From positions 1,696,001 to 1,760,000 of the forward strand of contig CAXXJV010000001.1 of the NCBI GenBank assembly GCA_963663475.2: 64,000 nucleotides of DNA, read 5' to 3'. Position 1 is the stretch's first letter, and every line of letters begins with the position of its first letter. This document shows, piece after piece, positions 29,141-39,988 of the stretch. The position numbers and the translations under genes are program-made. The DNA is from Candidatus Cloacimonadales bacterium (lineage in GTDB: Bacteria; Cloacimonadota; Cloacimonadia; Cloacimonadales; JAFGVF01). The notes beneath the pieces are model-generated. The model searched no databases. It was not told the origin of the DNA and saw only the letters and a program-made list of their open reading frames with translations.

Positions 29141-30486
29141 TGAGTCAGACAAGTGACAGAATACTACCTTATGATGTAAATGCTGAAGCTGCAGTGTTAA
29201 GTGCTATGATGCTAGATAATGTTGCAGCTTCAACTGCTATCTCTGAATTAGAAGATAAATACTTCTACCGAACTGCCCATAAGCTGATTTTTCAGACTAT
29301 GAAAGATCTCTATCGAGACAGCATAGAAATTGATTTGGTTACACTTTCAGCAAGACTTCAACCTAATAATATGATTGAAAAAGTTGGTGGCTCAGATTAC
29401 TTAAATAAAATATCTGACTTTGTCTTATCAACTGCTAACCTCTCATATCACCTTAAGTTAGTTAAAGAAAAAGCTCTTTTAAGAGAACTAATTGTTACTT
29501 CTAATAATATTATCGAAAAGTGCTATACTGCTGAAGAAGATGTTGAAGAAATCGTCGATAATGCTGAACAAATGATTTATAATGTTACTAACAAAAGATC
29601 AGGTTCCTATTTCAAAGATATAGCTTCTATTATGGGGGAAACACTTGAGAATATCAATGAAGTAGCCACCTCTCATACTTCTGTTATAGGTGTCTCCACT
29701 GGCTTTACTGATCTAGATAGAAAAACTGGTGGCTTTAAGTCTGGTCAGTTAATTATCCTAGCTGCTCGACCAGCAATGGGTAAAACAGCTTTAGCCCTTA
29801 ATATCGCCTTTAATGCAATTACTCATCATAATAAAAAAGTAGCTATTTTTACAATGGAGATGGAAGGCGATGAGTTGCTTAAAAGAATGCTATCAGCTGC
29901 CTCAGAAGTACCAATGGATGCTATTCTAAAAGGTTTCGGTATGACTGATGACAAGATGCTCAGAATTACCAACTATGGCATGATGTTATCAGAAAAGAAA
30001 CTCTATATAGATGATACTGGTACCAACTCTCCTTTAGATATTAGAGCTAAACTACGTAGACTTAAAGCTGAGGCTAAAGGTCTTGATTTAGTTCTAATAG
30101 ATTACCTTCAACTTATGTCTTCACAAAGATTTAAAGATAATAGACAACAAGAAATTGCTGAAATTTCTCGTTCTTTGAAAATTCTTGCTAAAGAACTTGA
30201 AGTACCTGTTATAGCCCTTTCTCAGCTAAATCGTGGCCTTGAATCTCGTACAGATAAAAGACCTCAACTATCTGACTTAAGAGAATCTGGAGCTATTGAA
30301 CAGGATGCTGATATGGTTATGTTTATTTATCGAGATGAGTATTATAATGAAGATTCAGCTGAAAAGGGAATTGCCGAAGTTATTATTGGCAAAAATAGAC
30401 ATGGTGCTGTTGGAACCTCAAAACTTCTCTTCATCCCACATTTAACTGCTTTTAGAAACTTAGAACGTAATCCTACAGAAGTATAA
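29140..30486 (+). CDS. dnaB: Replicative DNA helicase
   Basis: AARPAMGKT, IDYLQLM, SQLNR, LRESGAIEQDAD, KNRHG. Confidence 0.97.
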   Translation: MSQTSDRILPYDVNAEAAVLSAMMLDNVAASTAISELEDKYFYRTAHKLIFQTMKDLYRDSIEIDLVTLSARLQPNNMIEKVGGSDYLNKISDFVLSTANLSYHLKLVKEKALLRELIVTSNNIIEKCYTAEEDVEEIVDNAEQMIYNVTNKRSGSYFKDIASIMGETLENINEVATSHTSVIGVSTGFTDLDRKTGGFKSGQLIILAARPAMGKTALALNIAFNAITHHNKKVAIFTMEMEGDELLKRMLSAASEVPMDAILKGFGMTDDKMLRITNYGMMLSEKKLYIDDTGTNSPLDIRAKLRRLKAEAKGLDLVLIDYLQLMSSQRFKDNRQQEIAEISRSLKILAKELEVPVIALSQLNRGLESRTDKRPQLSDLRESGAIEQDADMVMFIYRDEYYNEDSAEKGIAEVIIGKNRHGAVGTSKLLFIPHLTAFRNLERNPTEV

Positions 30487-30487
30487 T

Positions 30488-31228
30488 ATGAATCCTCTTG
30501 CTAAACTTGGTTCTTTTATAATATTTAATGGTAAGATTGCTAAAGAACTTCCTTTTTTATTTAAAAGAAGATACTATTTCTTAAGGATTTGTAAGAAAAT
30601 AGGATTAGATTCACTTTGGTTAATTATTATAACTTCTATCTTTACAGGCTTTGTTACTGCCTTGCAAGCTATCTATCAAACTAAAGGGAGAATACCTCTT
30701 TCTTATCTGGGAGTCCTAGTAGAGAAGTCTGTTGTTATTGAATTAGCTCCAGTTCTCACCGCCTTAGTTTTAACTGGTAAAATAGGAGCTGCTTTAGCTG
30801 CAGAAATTGGAACAATGAAGGTAACAGAACAAGTTGACGCTTTAGAATCAATGGCTGTTTCGCCCTACAACTTCATCTATATGCCTAGAGTCATGGCAGG
30901 AGCTATTATGGTTCCTATCCTTACCATATTTTCCATGTTGGTAGGAATTATGTCAGGCTATGTTTTCTCAGTGATGAAGTATAAAATATCCTTCTATACC
31001 TTCTTTTCTAATATGCAGAACTATTTTTCTATGAGTGATATATATGGTGGTTTGATTAAAGCTCTAGCTTTTGGTATAACTATTACAGCAATTGCTTGTT
31101 ATGAAGGTGATAAAACTGGAAATGGCTCTGAAGGTGTGGGTATTTCAACTACAAATACAGTTGTCTATTCTTCAATCATGATCCTAGTCTTAGACTTCTT
31201 CGTAGCTTGGATTCTCTTTGGATTATAA
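30488..31228 (+). CDS. mlaE: MlaE-family ABC permease
   Basis: ELAPVLTAL, AEIGTMKVTEQVDALE. Confidence 0.92.
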   Translation: MNPLAKLGSFIIFNGKIAKELPFLFKRRYYFLRICKKIGLDSLWLIIITSIFTGFVTALQAIYQTKGRIPLSYLGVLVEKSVVIELAPVLTALVLTGKIGAALAAEIGTMKVTEQVDALESMAVSPYNFIYMPRVMAGAIMVPILTIFSMLVGIMSGYVFSVMKYKISFYTFFSNMQNYFSMSDIYGGLIKALAFGITITAIACYEGDKTGNGSEGVGISTTNTVVYSSIMILVLDFFVAWILFGL

Positions 31229-31232
31229 ATAT

Positions 31233-32294
31233 ATGAAAAAACTCTTATTACTCCTACTTTTAATTGTATCTCTTTGCCTGGCTTGCCAGAAAAGCAAAGA
31301 AGAAAATAAACTTACTCAAGAAGTAGATCTTATCAAAGAAGTTGTTGCTGATAGCCTCTATGTTCTAGCTACTGATGACTTCTTTAACTTATCTCTAACT
31401 GATTCTCTTTCCCAAAGATTTATGGATGAAAGCCAAACTAAGCTAATCTGGGAAAATGGGGGAGATAAAAAGGAAATTATTGATAGATTAGCTGAAAGTA
31501 ATTTCCAAAACTATCCTGATTTAATTTTAGGACTATCCAATGTATTCCTCACTGAACTTGATTCTTTGGATATCTTTCTAGAACTTCCAGATATTTTCTT
31601 TTCCAATGTTAGATCAAATAATAATTTCGATAAACAAAGACGATTTCTGCCTTATCAGTATTCTTATCTTGCTCTTATAAAAAAAACTAGTGATAAAAGC
31701 TCACTACCTACTAGCTTTGGTGTCATGCAAAAAGAAGAATATTTTGATAAAATTATTATTTCTGATGCCATTTCTACTGAAATAGGTAGAGCTTTATTTA
31801 ATAATATTGAAGGTATTTTTAAGTTTCATGGTTATGCAGCCTGTTGGAATAGAATCAAAGGAGCACTATATAGAATAACTGATACTGAAGAAGAAGCTTT
31901 TGACTTATTCTGGGATAATGATGATAAGTATATCTTCCAAGTTGTTACAAAAGTTATTGAAGGCTATGAAGCAGGATATAGTCCTACCATGGCTTTTACC
32001 TATTTAACTGAAGGCTCTTATAAGCTCATTCATTCTACTGCTATCACTCAAAGATGCAGAAATAAAACTAAAGCAGAAGTTTTTTTATTATGGCTTCACA
32101 AAGCTGAAATTCAATCTCTTATTGTAAAATCTACTAACTGGTATCCTATCGTAGAAACTGCAACTAAAAGCCAAGGACATAGAATAATCGATTACCCTGA
32201 TTTGGTTATGAATAGCAAAATTAATCAGAAAGTAGTTGCTAAATATCTTGCCGACTGGCTTGATTATTGGAAAATTTATAGGGAGAAATTTTAA
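31233..32294 (+). CDS. ABC substrate-binding lipoprotein (thiamine/iron SBP-like, divergent)
   Basis: Lipobox CLAC; PDLILGL, AEVFLLWL...IQ...NWYP pattern. Confidence 0.6.
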   Translation: MKKLLLLLLLIVSLCLACQKSKEENKLTQEVDLIKEVVADSLYVLATDDFFNLSLTDSLSQRFMDESQTKLIWENGGDKKEIIDRLAESNFQNYPDLILGLSNVFLTELDSLDIFLELPDIFFSNVRSNNNFDKQRRFLPYQYSYLALIKKTSDKSSLPTSFGVMQKEEYFDKIIISDAISTEIGRALFNNIEGIFKFHGYAACWNRIKGALYRITDTEEEAFDLFWDNDDKYIFQVVTKVIEGYEAGYSPTMAFTYLTEGSYKLIHSTAITQRCRNKTKAEVFLLWLHKAEIQSLIVKSTNWYPIVETATKSQGHRIIDYPDLVMNSKINQKVVAKYLADWLDYWKIYREKF

Positions 32295-32761
32295 TGACTA
32301 ATAAGAAATTTAAAGTAGTACTTTATCAACCTGAAATTCCTAGTAATACAGGAAATATTGGCAGAATATGTGTTGGTGCTAATCTTGAGTTACATATCAT
32401 AAAACCAATGAGATTCTTACTTAATGATAAACTTGTAAAAAGAGCTGGCTTAGATTACTGGCATAAGTTGGATATTACTATTCATGACTCTCTAGATGAT
32501 TTCTTAAAGCTTTATCCAGATATTAACGTTTATTATTGTACTACAAAAACTAAAAGAAATTATACTAAAGAAAATTATAAAAAAGGTGATGCCTTTATCT
32601 TCGGCCCAGAATCAAGAGGCATTCCCGAAGATATCTTATTCGCTAATGAAAAGAATAATATTACTATTCCTATGACTGGCGAAATAAGATCTATTAATCT
32701 ATCAAATAGTGTTGCTATTATTATGTTTGAAGCACTAAGACAGATAGATTTTGCATTCTAA
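32294..32761 (+). CDS. trmL: tRNA (cytidine/uridine-2'-O)-methyltransferase
   Basis: PEIPSNTGNI, RAGLDYW, FGPESRG, RSINLSN. Confidence 0.95.
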   Translation: MTNKKFKVVLYQPEIPSNTGNIGRICVGANLELHIIKPMRFLLNDKLVKRAGLDYWHKLDITIHDSLDDFLKLYPDINVYYCTTKTKRNYTKENYKKGDAFIFGPESRGIPEDILFANEKNNITIPMTGEIRSINLSNSVAIIMFEALRQIDFAF

Positions 32762-32790
32762 AAAATTATTATAAAAAGGAAAATATAAAA

Positions 32791-33819
32791 ATGAATATAA
32801 GTTTTGGAAGTGATAATCATTCAGGAGTTCATCCTCAAATATTAGAAGCTATCAGCCAAGCAAATGTTGGTCATACTCACTCCTATGGCGATGATGACTA
32901 TACTAGAAGAGCTATTGAAAAATTTAAAGAAATTTTCGGACAAGATATAGATGTCTATTTTGTTTTAACTGGAACAGGTGCAAATGTCTTGTCCTTACAA
33001 AACTTCTTAAAACCCTATGAAGCAGTAGTCTGTGCCCAATCAGCTCATATCAATGTTGATGAATGTGGTGCTCCTGAACACTTCACAGGCAGTAAGTTAA
33101 TTACCGTTGAAACTGAAAATGGTAAATTAACACCTGCTTTATTAGAAAAAGCAATTTTCGGACTAGGAGATGAACATCATGTTCAAGCTAAGATAATCTC
33201 AATTTCTCAAGTAACTGAGTTGGGTTCAATCTATACAAGCCAAGAAATTAAAGCTATTGTGGATTTTGCACATGCTAGAGACTTTTATGTTCATCTTGAT
33301 GGTGCAAGACTTGCCAATGCAGCTGTCGCCCTTAACTGTACTTTTGCAGATTTAACCAGTCACACTGGTATTGATATTCTCTCCTTTGGAGCAACTAAGA
33401 ATGGAGCAATGCTGGCTGAATCAATAGTCTCTTTCCGACCAGAATTATCTAAATCTATGAAGTATTTACGTAAGATGGGCATGCAATTATATTCTAAGAT
33501 GAGATATAGTTCAGCTCAATGGTTAGCCTATCTTAGTAATAATCTCTGGTATGAAAATGCTAAGAATGCTAATGATATGGCTAAATATCTTTATGAAAGA
33601 CTAGCCCAGATACCAGAGGTTAAACTTACTCAGAATATTGAGGCTAATGCTATCTTTGCCCTTCTAGATAAAGAAATAATCGAAACTCTGAGAGACAAAT
33701 ACTTCTTCTATACATGGGATGAGTTTACTGGAGAAATAAGACTTATGTGTTCTTATGATACTAGCAAACAAGATATTGATGATTTTATTGATTATCTCTT
33801 ACTCCTTCTGAAAAAGTAA
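32791..33819 (+). CDS. ltaE: Low-specificity L-threonine aldolase
   Basis: FGSDN, TGTGAN, HLDGARLANA, SFGATKNG. Confidence 0.9.
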   Translation: MNISFGSDNHSGVHPQILEAISQANVGHTHSYGDDDYTRRAIEKFKEIFGQDIDVYFVLTGTGANVLSLQNFLKPYEAVVCAQSAHINVDECGAPEHFTGSKLITVETENGKLTPALLEKAIFGLGDEHHVQAKIISISQVTELGSIYTSQEIKAIVDFAHARDFYVHLDGARLANAAVALNCTFADLTSHTGIDILSFGATKNGAMLAESIVSFRPELSKSMKYLRKMGMQLYSKMRYSSAQWLAYLSNNLWYENAKNANDMAKYLYERLAQIPEVKLTQNIEANAIFALLDKEIIETLRDKYFFYTWDEFTGEIRLMCSYDTSKQDIDDFIDYLLLLLKK

Positions 33820-33836
33820 TATTATTAGGAGAAGCA

Positions 33837-34640
33837 ATGAAAAAAGTCATGCTTATCAGAATACTAATTCTCGCTTTCATAGCTCTTGCTAGCTTTACTG
33901 CTATAGCTTTAGAAAGATTTGGAGTTATCAATATTAACCCTCACTCTCTTTGTCCTTACTCACTTATTTGTTTTGGTATTCCAAGTCTAAGAGGATTCTT
34001 TTCAGCAAACCCTTTCTATATAGCTACTTTAATTGGACTGATAATCTTAGGCCTAAGTCCTTTCTTAGGAAGGATATTTTGTGGCTGGATATGTCCTATA
34101 GGTGCTATTCAAGAGGTCTTATATAGGCTAGGTAATGGCCAGTTAAAAGGAAGAAAGAAGTATCTAATAAGAGCTAAATGGGATAAGATTTTAAAGAAAC
34201 TAAAATATCTAGTATTAGTAATGAATATTATTCTAGCAACTTTACTCATTCAAGCTCTATATATGGCAGCTTGTCCAGTTATTGCTCTAGCTAATATTGC
34301 TACTTATTTGATAATATCTGCTATCATTCTTTTCGTTTTCTTGCTAGCCTCTCTTTTTATAGAGAGATTTGCTTGTCGCTATCTCTGTCCCTTTGGGGCA
34401 ATGATGAGTTTAATGCTTAAACTAGGAAATAAGCTAAAAATCCCAAGATTAATGCTTAAAATCAATAAAGAAATGTGTGTTAACTGCGAGTTATGTTCAT
34501 CAAACTGTCCTATGCAAATAGATGTTGATGAAAAATCAAAGGTTGCTGATAGTGAATGTATAATGTGTTTTAGATGTAAGGCAAAATGCCCTCGAAAGGG
34601 TATTGATTGTGAATTCTGTAATGATAAGGATAAGAAATGA
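33837..34640 (+). CDS. Membrane polyferredoxin (NapH/MauN/YccM-like)
   Basis: TMs with [11 protein letters not shown] and [11 protein letters not shown], plus [12 protein letters not shown] and [12 protein letters not shown]. Confidence 0.88.
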   Translation: MKKVMLIRILILAFIALASFTAIALERFGVININPHSLCPYSLICFGIPSLRGFFSANPFYIATLIGLIILGLSPFLGRIFCGWICPIGAIQEVLYRLGNGQLKGRKKYLIRAKWDKILKKLKYLVLVMNIILATLLIQALYMAACPVIALANIATYLIISAIILFVFLLASLFIERFACRYLCPFGAMMSLMLKLGNKLKIPRLMLKINKEMCVNCELCSSNCPMQIDVDEKSKVADSECIMCFRCKAKCPRKGIDCEFCNDKDKK

Positions 34641-34957
34641 AAAAATCAAAGATAATTATTATATTTATTGTTATTGCAATTTTTATTACATCCCTAATTG
34701 CTAAGAGAGATGTTGATTTAACTTCTTACAATATCAATCAATATAAGTGTATTGGTTGTCAGGCTTGTCTTGCTGCTTGTCCTGTTCAGGCTATTTCTTT
34801 AAGGAATGGTAAGGCGGTAATAGATCAATCCAAATGTATCCAATGTGGTATCTGTGTGAATGGTAATTACGCTGATTATCAAGGGTGTCCTGTGAAAGCA
34901 ATCAATCTTCCCATTGCAGAAGAAAGTTTATCAAATCAAACAGAAGTAGATCAATAA
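34637..34957 (+). CDS. 2x[4Fe-4S] ferredoxin with Sec-type signal peptide
   Basis: [22 protein letters not shown], then [12 protein letters not shown] and CIQCGIC-x10-CP. Confidence 0.85.
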   Translation: MKKSKIIIIFIVIAIFITSLIAKRDVDLTSYNINQYKCIGCQACLAACPVQAISLRNGKAVIDQSKCIQCGICVNGNYADYQGCPVKAINLPIAEESLSNQTEVDQ

Positions 34958-34959
34958 CA

Positions 34960-35757
34960 ATGCAGAAAGCAACAGTAATTTTAGGTGGTGGAGCAGCCTT
35001 AGGTTTTGCCCATATTGGAGCTCTGAAGGTTATAGAACAAAAGTACCAGATTACTAGAATCATTGGAACAAGTATGGGCTCTATAGTTGGTGGTTTGTAT
35101 GCTTATGGTATGAAAGTAGATGAGATATTAAACTTCGGAAAGGATTTTAAATATATAGATTTTATTAATCCCCTTAACATAGACCTAAAGTTTCAGGGAG
35201 TTTTTGATGGTTCTTTTATTGAAAAGAAGATTAATCAGAGAATAAAACAAGCTAATATTCAGGATTTAAAGATTAAATATTCTGCTATAGCTTACGATAT
35301 AAATTCCAAATATACTATAATTATAAATTCGGGAAATTGTGCTAAAGCTATGCGAGCATCATCTGCCATACCTTATATCTTTAATCCTGTGAATATTGAT
35401 AAATACTCACTAGTGGACGGTGGGGTAGAGTATCCCTTACCCTGTCTTGATTTATCTGCTGATGAATTTACCATTGTAGTTAATGTCTTACCAGCTATTC
35501 CTAATAAGATGGTTCACCTAAATATTAATAATGAACATAGTGATGCTAAAAAGAAGTCTAACAATAAGAAATGGTATGAAATTGTAATGGAAGCTATTAA
35601 CTGTAACCAGTCATTCCTTGCTCAAGAAAGACTTAAGGAGTTTAAGCCTGATATTTATATAGATTGCAATATCAACTCATATCTACCTGGTGATTTTCTA
35701 AAAATTACTGAGATAGCAAAGTTAGGGGAAGAAGTAGCTCAAAAGACTCTACTTTAA
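34960..35757 (+). CDS. Patatin-like phospholipase
   Basis: LGGGAALG, GTSMG, DGG; start moved to ATG 34960. Confidence 0.92.
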   Translation: MQKATVILGGGAALGFAHIGALKVIEQKYQITRIIGTSMGSIVGGLYAYGMKVDEILNFGKDFKYIDFINPLNIDLKFQGVFDGSFIEKKINQRIKQANIQDLKIKYSAIAYDINSKYTIIINSGNCAKAMRASSAIPYIFNPVNIDKYSLVDGGVEYPLPCLDLSADEFTIVVNVLPAIPNKMVHLNINNEHSDAKKKSNNKKWYEIVMEAINCNQSFLAQERLKEFKPDIYIDCNINSYLPGDFLKITEIAKLGEEVAQKTLL

Positions 35758-35921
35758 CCCAAATAATGCAGTAGACCTTTGTGAATAGCACTATATTCTT
35801 CTGCAAAAGTAGCTTCCATAATTTCTCCGAATATATAAAATATATGCGTCAAAATTCTGTAAGCTATTTTGCTAGAATAATCTGCACTCTTCACTAAAGC
35901 TCTACTACACTATCTGGTTTA
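35755..35921 (+). mobile_element. ~165-bp palindromic MITE-like element, family C
   Basis: Ends TAACCCAAATAATGCAGTAGA...TCTACTACACTATCTGG(G/T)TT; multiple copies in the window. Confidence 0.8.
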
Positions 35922-35936
35922 ACGAACCATGCCTAT

Positions 35937-35969
35937 TAAAAAAGGTTGAAGTTCTTGCTTCAACCTTTA
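35937..35969. terminator. Intrinsic terminator for the cyclophilin gene (possibly bidirectional)
   Basis: AAAAAAGGTTGAAG-TTCTTG-CTTCAACCTTT. Confidence 0.7.
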
Positions 35970-36001
35970 TAGTTTTAATCTATTTTGAGTGCTAAATACT
36001 T

Positions 36002-36499
36002 TTATAAAATTTTTGCACTTTCAATGATAATATCTTCTTTGGGCCAATCTCCCATTTGAGTCTTAGAATTTATGCCAGTTGCAACTGATTTGATAGAGTT
36101 AACAACATCTAAACCTTCAATTACCTTACCAAAAACACAATAACCCCAGTTTGAAGTGTTTTGATAGTTTAAGAAGGTGTTATCAGCAACATTAATGAAA
36201 AATTGAGAAGTGGCAGAATGAGGGTCATTAGTTCTTGCCATAGCTATAGTACCTATTTCATTACTGAGGCCATTATCAGCTTCATTCTTAATAGGATCTC
36301 TACCTTCGCGATGGTGACCTTCAGCGGTAAGTCCTCCGCCTTGTATCATGAAGTTATCAATTACTCGATGAAAGACTAAACCATCATAAAATCCTTCTTC
36401 GACATAATCAACAAAATTTTTAGTAGTAATAGGTGCTTTATCTTCCCACAATTCTAACACTATTTTACCTTTGTTAGTGTTAAGAGCTACTTTATACAT
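36002..36499 (-). CDS. ppiB: Cyclophilin-type peptidyl-prolyl isomerase
   Basis: FHRVIDNFMIQGGG, AMART, SQFFIN, YCVFGKV. Confidence 0.93.
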   Translation of the reverse strand: MYKVALNTNKGKIVLELWEDKAPITTKNFVDYVEEGFYDGLVFHRVIDNFMIQGGGLTAEGHHREGRDPIKNEADNGLSNEIGTIAMARTNDPHSATSQFFINVADNTFLNYQNTSNWGYCVFGKVIEGLDVVNSIKSVATGINSKTQMGDWPKEDIIIESAKIL

Positions 36500-36695
36500 T
36501 AATGCCTCCAAATTTAAATTTATTAATAAATTTCAAAAATTGCTATATCTGTCAATAAATTTCATAACTTTTTAGAGTAATTACAAATTTGTTAACTAAA
36601 TATTTTTAGCATGTAATAAGTAAAAAAAATTACTATTAATTAAATAACTTTTTGTAATCTCTTCGATTGTAAAATAAATCAAATATTGAAGATTT

Positions 36696-36753
36696 AATTT
36701 TGCTAGAATAATCTGCACTCTTCACTAAAGTTCTACTTCACAATCTGGGTTTA
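36696..36753 (+). repeat. Right-half fragment of family C element
   Basis: TTTTGCTAGAATAATCTGCACTCTTCACTAAAGTTCTAC...ATCTGGGTTT. Confidence 0.8.
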
Positions 36754-36914
36754 AAGAAATATTCAAGCTGTAATAATATAAACTTCTTTAAGGATAAGCT
36801 ATTGGAGAAGCTAGCTTGATGGTTGAACAGTCTCTTTCTTTCCCCTTACTAAAGGCTTTAAAATTATATTGACTAATAAGCATACTTTTAAAATATATAG
36901 CAAGGAGAATTAAT

Positions 36915-38093
36915 ATGAAAGAAGAAAGACTAGTATATCCTGATTACTCGAGAAGTATAATTAATATTACTGCGTCAATATTAAGCTATTTTGGTTGCGA
37001 GAGCCATTATCCAGCTTTAGAAGAATTATCTAAAGACTATCTAGATAATTTTGAGAATATAGTATTCTTAGTAGTAGATGGATTGGGCGCTGATTTACTA
37101 AATCATCATCTTGATCAAGACTCTCTCTTTAGGAAGAATAAAGTAACTAACCTGACCTCTGTATTCCCTCCAACAACTGCTGCAGCTATTTCATCATACC
37201 TGTCAGGAGTTTCTCCCTGGGAACATGGTATAATCGGCTGGACTCTTTATCTCAAAGAATATTTTAAAATGGTTGATTTTTTACCTCTAAGTGATGCAAC
37301 AACTGGAGAATCACTTGCTGAATCATATTCTCAAATACATGATAAATTTCATTTCGAATCAATCTTTAAAATTATTCATGAACTTCAACCTCAAGTGGAA
37401 CAGCACTATGTTTCTCCTCAAACTCTTGTAAAATCTAAATATACCAAAATGGCTTCAGATTCTGCTGAAATATTTTCTTATAATAGTTTACCTCAAGCTC
37501 TTGATTATATTGAAACCACAATTAAAGAATCAAAAAATAAGAAACTATTTTACTGTTATACTGGTGAACCAGATAAGTCAATGCATAAAACAGGTGTTTA
37601 TGAAACTTCAATAACAGAAATTATTGAGTATATCCAGTCTCAAATCCAAATTCTTCATCAGAAGATAAAATCTACTAAATCACTAATTATTGTTACGGCA
37701 GACCATGGTATGATTGAGGTAGAAGAGTCCATTTATGCAAATGAAGACAAAAAACTTTGGGATTCGTTAATTCTTCCTACTTTTCCAGAACCTCGTTTTA
37801 TTTCCTGCTTTATTAAAAAAGATAAAGAATCAGCTTTCATGGATTTTGCCAAGAGGTATGAAGACTATTTCTTGCTTATGTCTCAAGCAGAATTTATCCA
37901 AAAAGGCTTGTTAGGACATGGAGAGCCACATCCTCGTTTGTTAGATATGTTGGGAGATTATATCCTTATTGCAAAATCTACTAAGGCAATTCAAACTCTT
38001 TATCAAAGCAAGGATAATACTTTTAAATTCAAGGCTATGCATGCAGGCTTAACTGAGAAAGAAATGCTTGTTCCATTAATCTTGCTAGATTAA
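36915..38093 (+). CDS. Alkaline phosphatase superfamily (nucleotide pyrophosphatase/phosphodiesterase)
   Basis: VVDGLG, SVFPPTT, PDKSMH, TADHG, HAG. Confidence 0.88.
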   Translation: MKEERLVYPDYSRSIINITASILSYFGCESHYPALEELSKDYLDNFENIVFLVVDGLGADLLNHHLDQDSLFRKNKVTNLTSVFPPTTAAAISSYLSGVSPWEHGIIGWTLYLKEYFKMVDFLPLSDATTGESLAESYSQIHDKFHFESIFKIIHELQPQVEQHYVSPQTLVKSKYTKMASDSAEIFSYNSLPQALDYIETTIKESKNKKLFYCYTGEPDKSMHKTGVYETSITEIIEYIQSQIQILHQKIKSTKSLIIVTADHGMIEVEESIYANEDKKLWDSLILPTFPEPRFISCFIKKDKESAFMDFAKRYEDYFLLMSQAEFIQKGLLGHGEPHPRLLDMLGDYILIAKSTKAIQTLYQSKDNTFKFKAMHAGLTEKEMLVPLILLD

Positions 38094-38107
38094 AGAAAGA
38101 GAAAAAG

Positions 38108-39037
38108 ATGTCTTTAAGAGTTAAATCACTAATTTTTGCTTTTATAGCACTATTCTCTTGGGGAATTCATGGTCCTGCAGGTAGATACCTAGCTCTTCAG
38201 GATGTAAATATGTATTTTGTAGCTGTGAGCAGATTTTGGATAGGTACTTTAGTCTTTTTTATCTTTTTAATATTCAAAAGAGATTTCGGTCTCACTCTTT
38301 TCCGCAAGAGATGGAGGGAAATCATAAACATTAGTCTTATAGGCATATGTTTAAACTCAATTTTATACCATATTACTTTAAAATATCTCCATGGTACTCT
38401 AGTTATGATTTTGGAGAACTTAGCCCCTGTCTTTGTCTTATTAATAGTATATTTCAGGGATAAGATATCTCCAAGTCGTAATCAAGTTGCATCACTTATA
38501 ATAGCCTTTATTGGTTTATTAGCCATAGTTGCTGGAAAGTCAGCTTTTCCTGAACTGGGAGATGGTTTCACTATTGGTGTAATATTAGGTATTCTAACAG
38601 GAATCACCTTTGGTGCTTATGTTTATTTATCTTCTAACTTGATGAAAGGACTTCAAAACAAACCCTATCAGGTTATCCAGTTACTCTTTTGGATTTTTCT
38701 TACTGCTTCAATTATGATGAGTCCAATTTATTTCTTTATTGAAGGGAAGTTACCAAGCAGTCAATCAGAAATTTTCTGGTTTTTAGAGATGGGAATTTTC
38801 CAATCAGGTTTATCATATTTATTCTGGAACTTTGCTTTAACTGGAATAAGTGCCAACACTGCAAGTATTTTATTCACTTTCACGGTACTTTTTACTACAA
38901 TTAATGAAGTAGTCTTCCTTGATTTAAAAATCACTCCTACCCTTTTAATTGGTGGTGCTTTGATCACCTTGGCTGGTTATCTTCTAAGTAAAAAGAAAAA
39001 GCAAAAAAAACTATATAAGCAGGTTGTACAAATATGA
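38108..39037 (+). CDS. DMT/EamA family transporter
   Basis: About 10 TM in two EamA-like halves. Confidence 0.88.
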   Translation: MSLRVKSLIFAFIALFSWGIHGPAGRYLALQDVNMYFVAVSRFWIGTLVFFIFLIFKRDFGLTLFRKRWREIINISLIGICLNSILYHITLKYLHGTLVMILENLAPVFVLLIVYFRDKISPSRNQVASLIIAFIGLLAIVAGKSAFPELGDGFTIGVILGILTGITFGAYVYLSSNLMKGLQNKPYQVIQLLFWIFLTASIMMSPIYFFIEGKLPSSQSEIFWFLEMGIFQSGLSYLFWNFALTGISANTASILFTFTVLFTTINEVVFLDLKITPTLLIGGALITLAGYLLSKKKKQKKLYKQVVQI

Positions 39038-39684
39038 CACTCCTGTATTATTTTAGTATGTTAAATAACTATACCCTTCCTAATTTGCAGGATTTCCTCT
39101 GCCAATCCAGTAAGACAGGTTTTAAATTAGTTGTGCTAATGCAGATAAAAGAACAGAAACAAAGTCTTATTAATATCTTAAAACAAGCTCAAACAGGTAT
39201 AGATCTAACTAATATCTCTTTTATTGCTCCTGATATTAATGATGCTTTTGCCCCAAAAAATACTTGTGATTTACTTAGTCAGGCAAGTGGAATTCTAGTT
39301 TTAGGAGGGAATACCCATTTTTATCAAAAAGTTTATGCTAATGAAGAAATAAGTCAAATTATCTTAGATAAATATCAGACTGGTATTCCCTACGCAGGTA
39401 TATCAGCTGGAGCAATCTTATCACTTAGGTATAATCTCTTGAATGATCTTGTTCTTAAACCTCATTTTTCTGAAAAAAGAAGGTTCGACGAACTTATTAA
39501 AAAGATGAAGAAGAACAAGGTAAGCTATGGCTTTGGCTTAGATGATAACATGTCTTTGAAAATAACTAATAAAAAAGATATTGAATGTCTAGGAAAAGAT
39601 TCTTTTTACTTATTTACAAAAGTAGGGGATTATGACTTTAATTTTAAAATATTTAAAAACTTAGATAAGGTGGATTTAGGCTAA
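39034..39684 (+). CDS. Peptidase S51 / cyanophycinase-like protein
   Basis: LGGNT, YAGISAGA, PHFSE, GLDD. Confidence 0.8.
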   Translation: MTLLYYFSMLNNYTLPNLQDFLCQSSKTGFKLVVLMQIKEQKQSLINILKQAQTGIDLTNISFIAPDINDAFAPKNTCDLLSQASGILVLGGNTHFYQKVYANEEISQIILDKYQTGIPYAGISAGAILSLRYNLLNDLVLKPHFSEKRRFDELIKKMKKNKVSYGFGLDDNMSLKITNKKDIECLGKDSFYLFTKVGDYDFNFKIFKNLDKVDLG

Positions 39685-39988
39685 GAACTAGTTATTATAA
39701 ATATATTATATCCAATCTGCCATCTATTGCTTTTTAACTGGCAATTATTCCTTCTCATTATTCTGAAATTCTCAGTTTGTTGCTCTTTCGAAGATGTGGT
39801 TATTTTTATCAGGAGTAAAAAATGAGTTATGCAACAATATTTGTGAAGTCTACTATTACTTTATACTACTGATTTAATTTTTCAAAAAATATTTGCACTG
39901 AAAAATTAAACCAAACAATGCTTGACAAGAAACTATTATAGATATACTTTTTGCTTGTAGTTATAATAATTTCACTTAGGAGGTGGAT

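Noticed and set aside
39690-39980. Riboswitch upstream of the 1042-aa secreted protein
   Set aside because: No recognisable aptamer motif or terminator; only a TTGACA-type promoter candidate.
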